Part shown: one piece after another, positions 40,022-48,673 of the stretch | Layout of the letters: the number at the start of each line of letters is the position of its first letter | Numbering within the stretch: the first letter of the stretch is position 1 | Assembly (NCBI GenBank): GCA_947452765.1 | Contig: CANGDR010000003.1 | Location: 19,561-83,560 of the forward strand | Source: Actinomycetota bacterium | Lineage (GTDB): Bacteria > Actinomycetota > Actinomycetes > S36-B12 > UBA5976 | Length of the DNA: 64,000 nt | Direction: 5' to 3' | Notes under the pieces: generated by a model | Database searches by the model: none | Told to the model about the DNA's origin: nothing | What the model saw: the letters and a program-made list of their open reading frames with translations, nothing else | Program-made: the position numbers and the translations under genes

Positions 40022-40600
40022 GTGGTGACAACTAAGTCTGAGTCCGCCGTTTTAACTATTCCAAATGCTTTGAGTGCGTTACGGCTTCTGGGTGTCCCAG
40101 TATTCTTTTGGCTGATAGTAGTTCCACAACGGGATGGTTTAGCACTCGGAATCCTGATTGTTAGCGCTTTTACAGATTGGCTCGACGGTTACCTTGCTAG
40201 GCGTCTCGGGCAATACAGTCGATTAGGCGAATTGTTAGACCCAATGGCAGATCGACTCTACGTGATTGCGGCTTTAGTGGCCCTGTACCTAAGGAATATC
40301 CTTCCGTTATGGGTGGTCTTAGCGCTAATTGCCCGAGATGTAGCAATGATGTTGCTTCTGATCTACCTGAAGAGGTTCGGGTACACAGGTGTACCAGTCC
40401 ATTTTGTGGGTAAAGCAGCAACTATGAATCTGCTTTACGCACTCCCACTAGTCCTACTTGGCACTTTCGATGGCAACATCGGTGTCATCGCCCACAACAT
40501 TGGGTGGGCTTTTTTGCTTTGGGGTATCGGGATGTATTGGTACGCGGCTTGGCTCTATTACCAGCAAGTCTGGCAACTCAGAGCAGAGATTAGATCATGA
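40022..40600 (+). CDS. CDP-alcohol phosphatidyltransferase (PgsA2/cardiolipin synthase-like, Rv1822-type)
   Basis: Motif DWLDGYLARRLG..G..LDPMADRL. Start moved to GTG 40022/40025 so the gene does not run across the tRNA. The ORF-track start is 39923. Confidence 0.8.
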   Translation: MVTTKSESAVLTIPNALSALRLLGVPVFFWLIVVPQRDGLALGILIVSAFTDWLDGYLARRLGQYSRLGELLDPMADRLYVIAALVALYLRNILPLWVVLALIARDVAMMLLLIYLKRFGYTGVPVHFVGKAATMNLLYALPLVLLGTFDGNIGVIAHNIGWAFLLWGIGMYWYAAWLYYQQVWQLRAEIRS

Positions 40601-41388
40601 GAGACGACGCCTCCCTGGATGCGTTGCTTGCAGATGCGTTAGCTTCCGATTATGACGGCACCGCCAGTGAAGATCATGGAAAACTGTCCGTATTTTTCGT
40701 AGTTGGTGCCACAACTCTTGTGACCATTGTTTTAGGAATGGCACTGGCAGAGACAAGGGTTCAAGCACTGGCAAATCTAACTACTCGGACCGCACTTGTT
40801 CAGCGAGTACAGGCTGCCGACGGGAGAGTAGCAACGATGGAGGCCCGTGTTAAGACCGCACAACAGAACCTGCAAGCCGCTGAACAAGCTAATCTGGCTG
40901 GAACCTCACTCGGGCAACAAGCCAACTTAAAGCTCGCGAGATTGCGAGCCGCAGCAGGTTTCACGGCTTTGTACGGTAATGGATTAGAAGTATTCCTAAG
41001 TGACGCTCCAGTGAATGGATTAGTCCCCAGTGACGCGCAACAGCCAGGTCGAATTATTGATCGCGATTTGCAGGAAGTTGTCAATGGCTTATGGCAGGCA
41101 GGCGCAACAGGTGTTGCCATTAACGGCCGACGTCTGACTGCAAGTTCGGCGATACGGTCCGCCGGAGACGCCATTTTGGTTGATTATCGACCTTTGCTCC
41201 CGCCATACAAGATTTCAGCAATTGGGGTTGACGCCAATCAAGTTGCCGGAAAATTTCGTGAAAACCAGGGTGGCTTGTTGCTTGAACAACTTCAGGCGCA
41301 CTACGGCATAATCTGGGAGTTAAGAACTCTAGGAAAAATCACGTTACCTGCCGCCGGCAGTGGTAGCACTTCAGGAGGTACGCCATGA
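40597..41388 (+). CDS. DUF881 domain membrane protein
   Basis: 263 aa with an N-terminal TM segment, a coiled-coil region and a DUF881-like C-terminus (GLEV..., DRDLQEVVNGLW.AGA.A.AINGRRL). Rv1823-type position. Confidence 0.7.
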   Translation: MRDDASLDALLADALASDYDGTASEDHGKLSVFFVVGATTLVTIVLGMALAETRVQALANLTTRTALVQRVQAADGRVATMEARVKTAQQNLQAAEQANLAGTSLGQQANLKLARLRAAAGFTALYGNGLEVFLSDAPVNGLVPSDAQQPGRIIDRDLQEVVNGLWQAGATGVAINGRRLTASSAIRSAGDAILVDYRPLLPPYKISAIGVDANQVAGKFRENQGGLLLEQLQAHYGIIWELRTLGKITLPAAGSGSTSGGTP

Positions 41389-41717
41389 TTCCAGCAATCG
41401 GATTGCTAGTCGGGATCGTTTTCGGCTTGTTGCTGCACCCGACAGTTCCAGTGTGGCTTCAGCCCTACCTACCAATTGCCGTGGTTGCCGCCCTAGACGC
41501 CGTATTCGGCGCATTTAGATCTGTGTTGGACGGTATTTTCAACGACCGAATATTCGTAATTTCTTTTCTATCAAACGTGCTTGTGGCTGCTGTAATTGTT
41601 TTCCTGGGCGATCAACTTGGTGTTGGTTCACAAATGTCAACGGGAGTTGTGGTTGTGCTATCAATGCGCATCTTCGCAAACGTAGCTGCTATCCGCCGAC
41701 ATTTACTTAAGGCATAA
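41385..41717 (+). CDS. small basic membrane protein (Sbp/DUF1290)
   Basis: 110 aa with 3-4 TM helices. Sandwiched between two DUF881 genes as in Rv1824 and B. subtilis sbp. Confidence 0.7.
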   Translation: MIPAIGLLVGIVFGLLLHPTVPVWLQPYLPIAVVAALDAVFGAFRSVLDGIFNDRIFVISFLSNVLVAAVIVFLGDQLGVGSQMSTGVVVVLSMRIFANVAAIRRHLLKA

Positions 41718-41719
41718 GC

Positions 41720-42448
41720 ATGGGTTTACATTCGGCGCCGAGGCCGGTGCGTACATCTGCAGAAGCTAGATTTAGATTAAAACGGTCATTGTCGCCACGA
41801 ATGAGTGGTACTCAAACAATGATCACGGTAATTTTTATTTTGATCGGCTTCATGACAACTGCCGCCATAAGTGGGAATCGCTCTGATTCGATTTTGTCCA
41901 ACGCACGTCAAAGCGATCTAGTTAGTCTCTTAGATGACCTAGCTCAGCGAGAAGCACGTCTCCAAGCTGAGAACAGCAGATTAGAAACAGCGCGCGAGAC
42001 TTTGCTTGGCGGTGACCAGTATGCGGCTTTGAATGAGGCCAAGCGACGTGCATCCGAGTTGGCGAAACTTGCGGGTAGCGAAGCAGCTTCAGGGCCAGGT
42101 ATGACCGTTACCATTACTGGGAATTTATCGGCGTCGACGTTACTTGACGCAATCCAAGAACTACGCGATGCCGGCGCAACTGCGATCCAGATCTCAGACC
42201 GTAATCTCGCAGTCAGAGTTATCGCTAATACTTGGTTTGCTGATAGCGCGAGTGGCGTAACTATTAGTGGTACTGCGCTAGAAGTTCCCATTGTAATCAA
42301 GGTTCTGGGAGATTCAACGGTTATGGAACCAGCGCTCAAAATACCTGGTGGCTTAGCCGATACAGTCGGCTCGGGTGGAGGAAATGTGACCATCGCACCA
42401 ATGGAAAACTTAGCGATTTCAGCAATTGTGCCCCTTCCCAAATCCTAG
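41720..42448 (+). CDS. DUF881 domain membrane protein (paralogue)
   Basis: 242 aa with the same architecture as 40597..41388 (TM, coiled coil, LLDAIQELRDAGA.AI.I). Confidence 0.7.
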   Translation: MGLHSAPRPVRTSAEARFRLKRSLSPRMSGTQTMITVIFILIGFMTTAAISGNRSDSILSNARQSDLVSLLDDLAQREARLQAENSRLETARETLLGGDQYAALNEAKRRASELAKLAGSEAASGPGMTVTITGNLSASTLLDAIQELRDAGATAIQISDRNLAVRVIANTWFADSASGVTISGTALEVPIVIKVLGDSTVMEPALKIPGGLADTVGSGGGNVTIAPMENLAISAIVPLPKS

Positions 42449-42460
42449 GTCACCAACCCG

Positions 42461-42466
42461 TAGAAT
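42461..42466 (+). promoter_or_regulatory. -10 element (TAGAAT) placed for a leaderless gcvH transcript
   Basis: TAGAAT ends 6 nt before the gcvH ATG (42473), and there is no Shine-Dalgarno sequence in between. This geometry is typical of actinobacterial leaderless mRNAs. Confidence 0.4.
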
Positions 42467-42472
42467 CTCTGC

Positions 42473-42865
42473 ATGAGCAATATTCCAACAGATCTTAAGT
42501 ACACCGCAGAGCACGAATGGGTTCGAGTGATTGATGACTCGACGATTCGCTTCGGCATAACCGACTACGCCCAAGACGCACTGGGGGACATTGTCTTCGT
42601 GAGCTTGCCAAGTGTTGGCGACAACTTAGTTGCTGGAGCCACATGTGGCGAAGTTGAATCCACGAAGAGCGTGAGCGATGTTTACGCCCCAGTCTCTGGC
42701 GAAGTCGTTGCTCGTAACGACGGTGCAGAAACTGCTCCGGACTCCTTGAATTCTGATCCATATGGAAACGGTTGGATCGCAGACGTTCGTGTATCTGGCT
42801 CAGCAACAGAAATAGCCGAAGGCCTCTTGGATGCAGCTGGCTACCAAGCAATAACCTCCGGCTAA
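42473..42865 (+). CDS. gcvH: glycine cleavage system H protein
   Basis: 130 aa. YTAEHEWV start region and lipoyl-lysine motif GEVESTKSVSDVYAPVSGEV. Confidence 0.95.
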   Translation: MSNIPTDLKYTAEHEWVRVIDDSTIRFGITDYAQDALGDIVFVSLPSVGDNLVAGATCGEVESTKSVSDVYAPVSGEVVARNDGAETAPDSLNSDPYGNGWIADVRVSGSATEIAEGLLDAAGYQAITSG

Positions 42866-42940
42866 CCAATACCCGTATGCATACTTACATTTGTAAGGCC
42901 ATTGCTAGAGATAGTTCTCGATGGATAGGTAGGAACGCTA

Positions 42941-43432
42941 ATGGACGCTAATTGTTTGCAGTGTGGCAACGTCAACGAAGCTACTGCACGTTTTTGTTCA
43001 TCGTGTGGAGCAGCAATGACATCGGCAACTGATACTGGTGTTATTCAGCTTTCACCTGATCCTGAGACTGGTGAATTGTCAAAAATCGATCACAACACGT
43101 TCGCATCAGCGAAAGAGGAATCTGCTTTTCTTGTCGTTCGTCGCGGCGCTATGGAAGGGGCCCGTTTTCCATTGGTTAGCCCAAATGGCGAAACGCTAGC
43201 TTTGGGTAGAAGCCCAGAAAGCAATATCTTTTTGGATGACGTAACCGTATCTCGTAAGCATGCAACTATTGCGCAGGTCAACGGTTCGTGGCAACTAACT
43301 GACTCTGGATCACTCAATGGAACCTATGTAAACAAGCAACGAGTCACAGATTCACCTTTGCATGACGGTGACGAGGTGCAGGTAGGTAAGTATCGCTTTG
43401 TGTTCGTTTTAATGAATAGTGCTAGTAATTAG
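42941..43432 (+). CDS. zinc-ribbon + FHA domain protein (GarA/OdhI-position homologue)
   Basis: 163 aa. N-terminal CxxC-x13-CxxC (CLQCGNVNEATARFCSSCG). The C-terminal FHA domain closely resembles GarA (GRSPESNIFLDDVTVSRKHA...GSLNGTYVN...GDEVQVGKYRFVF). Confidence 0.8.
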   Translation: MDANCLQCGNVNEATARFCSSCGAAMTSATDTGVIQLSPDPETGELSKIDHNTFASAKEESAFLVVRRGAMEGARFPLVSPNGETLALGRSPESNIFLDDVTVSRKHATIAQVNGSWQLTDSGSLNGTYVNKQRVTDSPLHDGDEVQVGKYRFVFVLMNSASN

Positions 43433-44167
43433 ATGAATTCTTCACAATACAATTTTGCTCAGCCCGCAGAGGCGCTACTAAGTATTGGTGAAGTCCTAGT
43501 TCGATTGCGGGATGAATTTGCTGACATATCCATTTCAAAGATTAGATTTCTGGAGACCAATGGCTTGGTATCTCCGGAGCGCACTCCGAGTGGATATCGA
43601 AAATTCTCGTTAGTGGATGTTGAGCGACTGCGCTACGTGCTACGAATGCAACGCGACCACTTTTTGCCGTTACGTGTCATCAAGGACCATATTGACGCAT
43701 TGAATCGTGGCCTGGAGCCAGCCAACGTAACGGATGTGGCTCCAAAGCCGCCTCGCAATTTGATGAGCACTGCGGAGATCGCCATCTCAAGCGTGGCGAC
43801 TAACGTGCGTCTCAAAATAGACGAATTGGCATTGGCTTCGAAAACGGGCGTGGATTTTTGCCAAGACCTGTGTGATTTTGGACTGATTAAGGCTGATGCA
43901 GCTGGTTACTTCAATGGCACGGCAGTAGGAATCGTCAATGGGGCTAATGGTCTGCGGGCTTTCGGATTGGAACCGCGTCACCTAAAGACGGTGCTCTCAA
44001 GTGCAAGTCGCGAAGTGGATCTATTTACGCCAATAGTGAAGACCGCGGGCGCTGGTAAGCAGGCCGCAAGTCGCGCTGAGATTGAAGAATTGTCATTGCA
44101 ATTGGCGTCATCGATAGTTTCATTACATGGTCTTCTGGTGCGCGAGATTTTGGACCGCCAAACCTAA
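43433..44167 (+). CDS. MerR family transcriptional regulator (Rv1828/FtsR-type)
   Basis: 244 aa. MerR HTH LSIGEVL...ISISKIRFLETNGLVSPERTPSGYRKFS. The start abuts the FHA gene stop. Confidence 0.8.
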   Translation: MNSSQYNFAQPAEALLSIGEVLVRLRDEFADISISKIRFLETNGLVSPERTPSGYRKFSLVDVERLRYVLRMQRDHFLPLRVIKDHIDALNRGLEPANVTDVAPKPPRNLMSTAEIAISSVATNVRLKIDELALASKTGVDFCQDLCDFGLIKADAAGYFNGTAVGIVNGANGLRAFGLEPRHLKTVLSSASREVDLFTPIVKTAGAGKQAASRAEIEELSLQLASSIVSLHGLLVREILDRQT

Positions 44168-44190
44168 CAATCACGTCATAGACTGATCGC

Positions 44191-44670
44191 GTGAGACAAG
44201 TAGACGTTGTTGGTATTCGCCTAGAGCTACCTTCCAATCAGCCAGTTCTGATTCTGCGTGATCAAGAGTCACCTCGGTACCTGCCGCTTTGGATTGGTGT
44301 CGCTGAAGCCACCGCAATAACTCTCGCAATAGATGGGGTTGCGCCTAGCCGACCACTAACTCACGATTTGATACAGAACCTGATCATTCACTTGGATGAG
44401 CGGGTTATCTCAGTTGTCATCAGTGAATTAGTAGAAGGTACGTATTTCGCAACCATTAACTTTGCGAATCACGACGCAATCAGCGCTCGTCCATCTGATG
44501 CAGTTGCGTTAGCGGTTAGGGCAGGCGTCCCAGTATTCGTCGACAATGACGTAATGGATTTCGCTGGAATGGACCTTGCGGAAGGCGAGGACAATGTAAC
44601 GGACTCCCAGGAGGAGTTGGAAGCATTCCGAGCATTCTTGGACGAAATACAACCGGACGATTTCAGTTAA
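44191..44670 (+). CDS. bifunctional nuclease family protein (DUF151, Rv1829-type)
   Basis: 159 aa. VVGIRLELPSNQPVLILRD...RYLPLWIG..EA.AI...RPLTHDL, with an acidic C-terminal tail EELEAFRAFLDEIQPDDF. Confidence 0.75.
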   Translation: MRQVDVVGIRLELPSNQPVLILRDQESPRYLPLWIGVAEATAITLAIDGVAPSRPLTHDLIQNLIIHLDERVISVVISELVEGTYFATINFANHDAISARPSDAVALAVRAGVPVFVDNDVMDFAGMDLAEGEDNVTDSQEELEAFRAFLDEIQPDDFS

Positions 44671-44735
44671 TCCCGAACCTGACTTCCCGTAAGTGCAAAG
44701 CCTGGATAGATGTTCTGTTTCAAGTAGTTTCTATG

Positions 44736-44754
44736 CCTAAAGTTGAACTTTAGG
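44736..44754. promoter_or_regulatory. perfect 19-bp palindrome, candidate operator
   Basis: CCTAAAGTT-G-AACTTTAGG (9-bp arms, 1-nt centre), 125 nt upstream of the second MerR gene, inside an unusually long (208 bp) spacer. Confidence 0.35.
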
Positions 44755-44878
44755 GTAAGACTTCGGCGTGTCGATGACGGATGTGATTGACCTGCATATC
44801 CGCTAGTTCTATTGTGAAAGGACACAGGTTCCCCGCGGATTGGTAAGCCGATACGCCCTGAGTAAGCAGGAGCACTAA

Positions 44879-45496
44879 ATGTCGGATCAAGGCCTAACGC
44901 CAGACCAAGCTGCACAACAACTGCTAATTGCACGGGATGCTGCTGCTATCAAGGCTGGGGAACAGGGTTTGATCTTCGACGAAACGGCGACTGAATCAGT
45001 GCCCGAGATCGGCTATCGCGGACCAGTAGCTGCTGGTGTTGTTGGCATCACGTATCGTCAGCTCGATTACTGGGCTCGCACCTCGCTTGTTTCACCCACA
45101 GTGCGCCCAGCCACAGGTTCTGGAACTGCTCGGCTTTACGGCTTTCGTGACATTTTGGAATTGAAGATTGTCAAGCGCCTCCTCGACACTGGTGTATCGC
45201 TTCAGCAAATCAGGACTGCAGTGGAACATCTGCGGAGCCGCGGAACGACTGACTTGACTCAAGTTACTTTGATGAGCGATGGGGCGAGTGTTTACGAATG
45301 CACCTCACCGGACGAAGTAATTGATTTATTGGCAGGTGGCCAGGGTGTGTTTGGTATTGCACTTGGTCGTGTTTGGCAGGAAGTCGAAGGCTCGTTATCA
45401 CAACTGCCTAGTGACCAGTCCGAAATGGCTATCGACGAAACGAGTGCGACCGATGAACTCTCTATGCGACGCCGGGCAAGAGTTTCTGGCGAATAG
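44879..45496 (+). CDS. MerR family transcriptional regulator (Rv1830-type)
   Basis: 205 aa. MerR HTH VVGITYRQLDYWARTSLVSP...ARLYGFRDILELKIVKRLLDTGVSLQ. AGGAG RBS 8 nt upstream. Confidence 0.8.
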   Translation: MSDQGLTPDQAAQQLLIARDAAAIKAGEQGLIFDETATESVPEIGYRGPVAAGVVGITYRQLDYWARTSLVSPTVRPATGSGTARLYGFRDILELKIVKRLLDTGVSLQQIRTAVEHLRSRGTTDLTQVTLMSDGASVYECTSPDEVIDLLAGGQGVFGIALGRVWQEVEGSLSQLPSDQSEMAIDETSATDELSMRRRARVSGE

Positions 45497-45570
45497 CCAC
45501 AAGTACGTCTAAGTGGGTGGTTATGCCACCTATTTCCACATTATGTAATAGCCTTTAAGTGCTGTCGATT

Positions 45571-45652
45571 CCGTGAGGGAGAGAGCGCACAGCCAGTGCG
45601 ACGCCGAAGGGGCAATGCTCCCCAGAACCTCTCAGGCAAAAGGACTCCATGG
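45571..45652 (+). promoter_or_regulatory. glycine riboswitch aptamer (single aptamer) in the gcvP leader
   Basis: GGGAGAG...GCCGAAGGGGCAA...CTCTCAGGCAAAAGGAC matches the conserved glycine aptamer core. A P1 helix is possible between CCGTGAG and TCCATGG. It lies 84 nt upstream of the gcvP ATG. Confidence 0.8.
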
Positions 45653-45735
45653 AATCAGCAACTCTGAAGTGTTTTCTCGCAACAGAGGGGGAGGGCCGGT
45701 AACGGTCTTACCTTCTATTGCTATTGAGGAATACT

Positions 45736-48621
45736 ATGTCAGTCACTGTGCAACAGTCTGAGTACACCGAATTCGCGGATCGTCACATAGGTCCACGCGA
45801 ACATGAGTTAAAAACAATTCTTTCACACATAGGTTATGGATCGTTAGCAGATCTAGCTAAGGCCGCCGTTCCGGTGAACATCCAGAACCCGACTCCACTA
45901 GCTATCGAGCACGGACGAACTGAGGCCGAAGTACTAGCCGAGCTTCGAGCCTTTGCTGACAAGAACGAAGTTTTAACTTCCATGATTGGTCTTGGCTACT
46001 ACGGAACTCACACGCCTGGCGTGATACTCCGCAACATAACTGAGAATCCAGCTTGGTACACGGCCTACACGCCCTACCAACCAGAAATTTCGCAAGGCAG
46101 ATTAGAAGCACTTATCAATTTTCAAACTATGGTTACTGATTTAACAGGTTTAGATATTGCCAGTGCATCATTGCTCGATGAATCAACTGCAGCTGCTGAA
46201 GCCATGACTTTAATGCGCAGGTCTTCGAAGTCGGAGTCGCAAGTTTTACTGGTAGATACTGACACACATCCGCAGACACTTTCCGTGTTAGCAACTCGCG
46301 CTGAACCACTAGGGCTTGAACTGAAGTTGATCGACCTAGATAACGAAACTGAGATCCAAGATGCATATGGCCTGCTAATCAGCTACCCAGGTAGCAGCGG
46401 CAAGATTCGCGACATCGCTAAGTTCACCGCCTCAGCTAGCGCCAACGATGTATTGGTGGCCGTCACAACTGACTTACTTGCGCTTACGTTAATTGAAGCC
46501 CCGGGCAAGCTAGGCGCAGATGTAGTCGTTGGCTCGTCGCAACGTTTTGGTGTTCCGATGGGATTTGGTGGACCACATGCCGGCTTCATGGCCGTGCGTT
46601 CTGGCTTAGAACGTTCGATACCAGGACGCTTGGTCGGAGTAAGTGTTGACGCTGATAACCACGTGGCATATCGATTGGCACTGCAAACGCGTGAACAACA
46701 CATTCGCCGCGAGAAAGCTACGAGCAACATATGCACTGCTCAGGTTTTACTTGCAGTCATGGCATCTATGTACGCCGTCTACCACGGACCAAAAGGACTT
46801 AAGCGGATTGCAACCAAGACGCATCACAAGGCCACGGCTCTCGCTAGCGGTCTGGCAGCCGGTGGGGTAGGGGTCAGCGACTCGTTCTTTGACACTATCC
46901 GAGTAAACGTTCCGGGTAAGGCCGGAGCATTAATGGCGGCTGCACGTGAGCGCAAAGTGGCGTTCTGGCAGGTGGATAACGACACTGTGGCTATTAGCTT
47001 GGATGAGACCACCACGACGCAAACTATTGAGATGGTCTGGTCAATCTTTGCCGAAGTAATCGGCGGTAGTTTCCCAACTGTATACACGACGGACTTCGAA
47101 TCGGAAGCGATTCCGTCTGAACTGCTGCGAACTTCTAATTACCTTGAACACCCAGTTTTCAACTCGTACCATAGCGAGACGGACATGTTGCGCTACATCC
47201 GCAAACTATCCGACAAAGACATCGCGCTAGATCGTTCGATGATCCCTCTGGGTAGTTGCACTATGAAACTAAATGCCACAACCGAAATGGAACCAATTAC
47301 TTGGCCGGAGTTTGCTGGCGTCCATCCATTTGCACCACTGGATTCCATCAAGGGTTATCTAGAAATGATTCACCAACTAGAAGACATGCTGGTTGAGATC
47401 ACTGGATATGACGCGATCTCGCTGCAACCAAATGCTGGATCCCAAGGTGAATTCGCGGGCCTGCTAGCTATTAGTAGTTACCACAAGGCACGTGGCGATT
47501 CTCATCGTAAAGTTTGCCTGATTCCAAGTAGTGCACACGGAACCAATGCTGCCTCGGCAGTTATGGCGGGTATGCGAGTTGTGGTCGTTAATTGTGATGA
47601 CTTTGGCAACGTCGACATGGACGATCTCAAGCACAAAATTCTCCAGAACGAAAATGAACTTGCAGCGTTGATGATTACCTACCCATCTACTCACGGAGTG
47701 TATGAAGCCACAGTTTCAGATATCTGTGCAATGGTCCATGATGCGGGCGGGCAGGTTTACGTCGATGGCGCAAATCTGAACGCACTTGTTGGATTAGCAA
47801 AGCCAGGAAAGTTTGGCGCGGATGTTTCGCATCTGAATCTGCATAAAACATTTGCAATCCCGCACGGTGGTGGGGGACCAGGCGTAGGACCCGTAGGAGT
47901 CCGCGAGCATTTGGCACCTTATTTACCTTCACACCCGCTACGTCCAGAGGCTGGACCTACCGCTCGAGGTTACGCGGATGGCGGCACTGGAGCGGTTTCG
48001 GGAGCGCCGTGGGGTAGTGCTGGCATTTTGCCGATCCCATGGGCTTACATCCGTCTGATGGGTGGGGAAGGGCTGACTAAGGCAACTCAGGTCGCAGTCG
48101 CTTCAGCTAACTACTTGGCAAAGAAGTTAGGAGATGACTTCCCGGTTCTTTATGTCGGCGCAGATGGTCTTGTCGCACATGAATGCATTCTAGATTTGCG
48201 CGAGATTACCAAGGTAAGCGGAGTTTCGGTGGACGATGTTGCAAAGCGGCTAATGGACTACGGATTCCATGCGCCAACTATGTCGTTCCCGGTTGCCGGC
48301 ACCCTGATGATCGAACCGACCGAAAGTGAGTCATTAGCTGAGCTCGATCGCTTCATAGAGGCCATGCAGAGCATTAAGGGCGAGATTGATCGCGTAACAT
48401 CAGGGGAATGGGCAGTGGAGGACAATCCGCTGCACAACGCCCCACACACGCATCAATTCTTGCTAGGTGAATGGGATCATCCATATTCCCGTGAAGTTGG
48501 CGCTTACCCAGTTGATCGACTACGTGAGAATAAATATTTCCCATCCGTACGCCGAATCGACGGCACGTATGGTGATCGAAATCTAGTTTGCGCTTGCCCG
48601 CCAATTTCAGATTTCGCCTGA
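45736..48621 (+). CDS. gcvP: glycine dehydrogenase (decarboxylating), single-chain P protein
   Basis: Start at ATG 45736 ([10 protein letters not shown]...FADRHIGP) with GAGGAA RBS. About 961 aa. PLP-lysine region NLHKTF. Confidence 0.95.
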   Translation: MSVTVQQSEYTEFADRHIGPREHELKTILSHIGYGSLADLAKAAVPVNIQNPTPLAIEHGRTEAEVLAELRAFADKNEVLTSMIGLGYYGTHTPGVILRNITENPAWYTAYTPYQPEISQGRLEALINFQTMVTDLTGLDIASASLLDESTAAAEAMTLMRRSSKSESQVLLVDTDTHPQTLSVLATRAEPLGLELKLIDLDNETEIQDAYGLLISYPGSSGKIRDIAKFTASASANDVLVAVTTDLLALTLIEAPGKLGADVVVGSSQRFGVPMGFGGPHAGFMAVRSGLERSIPGRLVGVSVDADNHVAYRLALQTREQHIRREKATSNICTAQVLLAVMASMYAVYHGPKGLKRIATKTHHKATALASGLAAGGVGVSDSFFDTIRVNVPGKAGALMAAARERKVAFWQVDNDTVAISLDETTTTQTIEMVWSIFAEVIGGSFPTVYTTDFESEAIPSELLRTSNYLEHPVFNSYHSETDMLRYIRKLSDKDIALDRSMIPLGSCTMKLNATTEMEPITWPEFAGVHPFAPLDSIKGYLEMIHQLEDMLVEITGYDAISLQPNAGSQGEFAGLLAISSYHKARGDSHRKVCLIPSSAHGTNAASAVMAGMRVVVVNCDDFGNVDMDDLKHKILQNENELAALMITYPSTHGVYEATVSDICAMVHDAGGQVYVDGANLNALVGLAKPGKFGADVSHLNLHKTFAIPHGGGGPGVGPVGVREHLAPYLPSHPLRPEAGPTARGYADGGTGAVSGAPWGSAGILPIPWAYIRLMGGEGLTKATQVAVASANYLAKKLGDDFPVLYVGADGLVAHECILDLREITKVSGVSVDDVAKRLMDYGFHAPTMSFPVAGTLMIEPTESESLAELDRFIEAMQSIKGEIDRVTSGEWAVEDNPLHNAPHTHQFLLGEWDHPYSREVGAYPVDRLRENKYFPSVRRIDGTYGDRNLVCACPPISDFA

Positions 48622-48673
48622 CCATTAATTGCCGGTTCTGGTGAATCGGAGTAGGCCAATGTCTAAGGCTGCC

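Noticed and set aside
39645-40031. 128-aa minus-strand ORF, plus the 39923 start of the plus-strand pgsA-like ORF.
   Set aside because: Both run across the tRNA gene at 39864-39937. The conserved CDP-alcohol transferase sequence begins only after GTG 40022.
45653-45735. A possible second glycine aptamer downstream of the first.
   Set aside because: The conserved GAAGG.GCAA and CAGG.AAAAGGAC cores are absent. Only a CTCTG/CAGAG helix and a G-rich run are present, so I treated it as an expression platform or ghost aptamer.
45573-45761. 62-aa plus-strand ORF from the track.
   Set aside because: It lies entirely within the glycine riboswitch leader and the first codons of gcvP in another frame.
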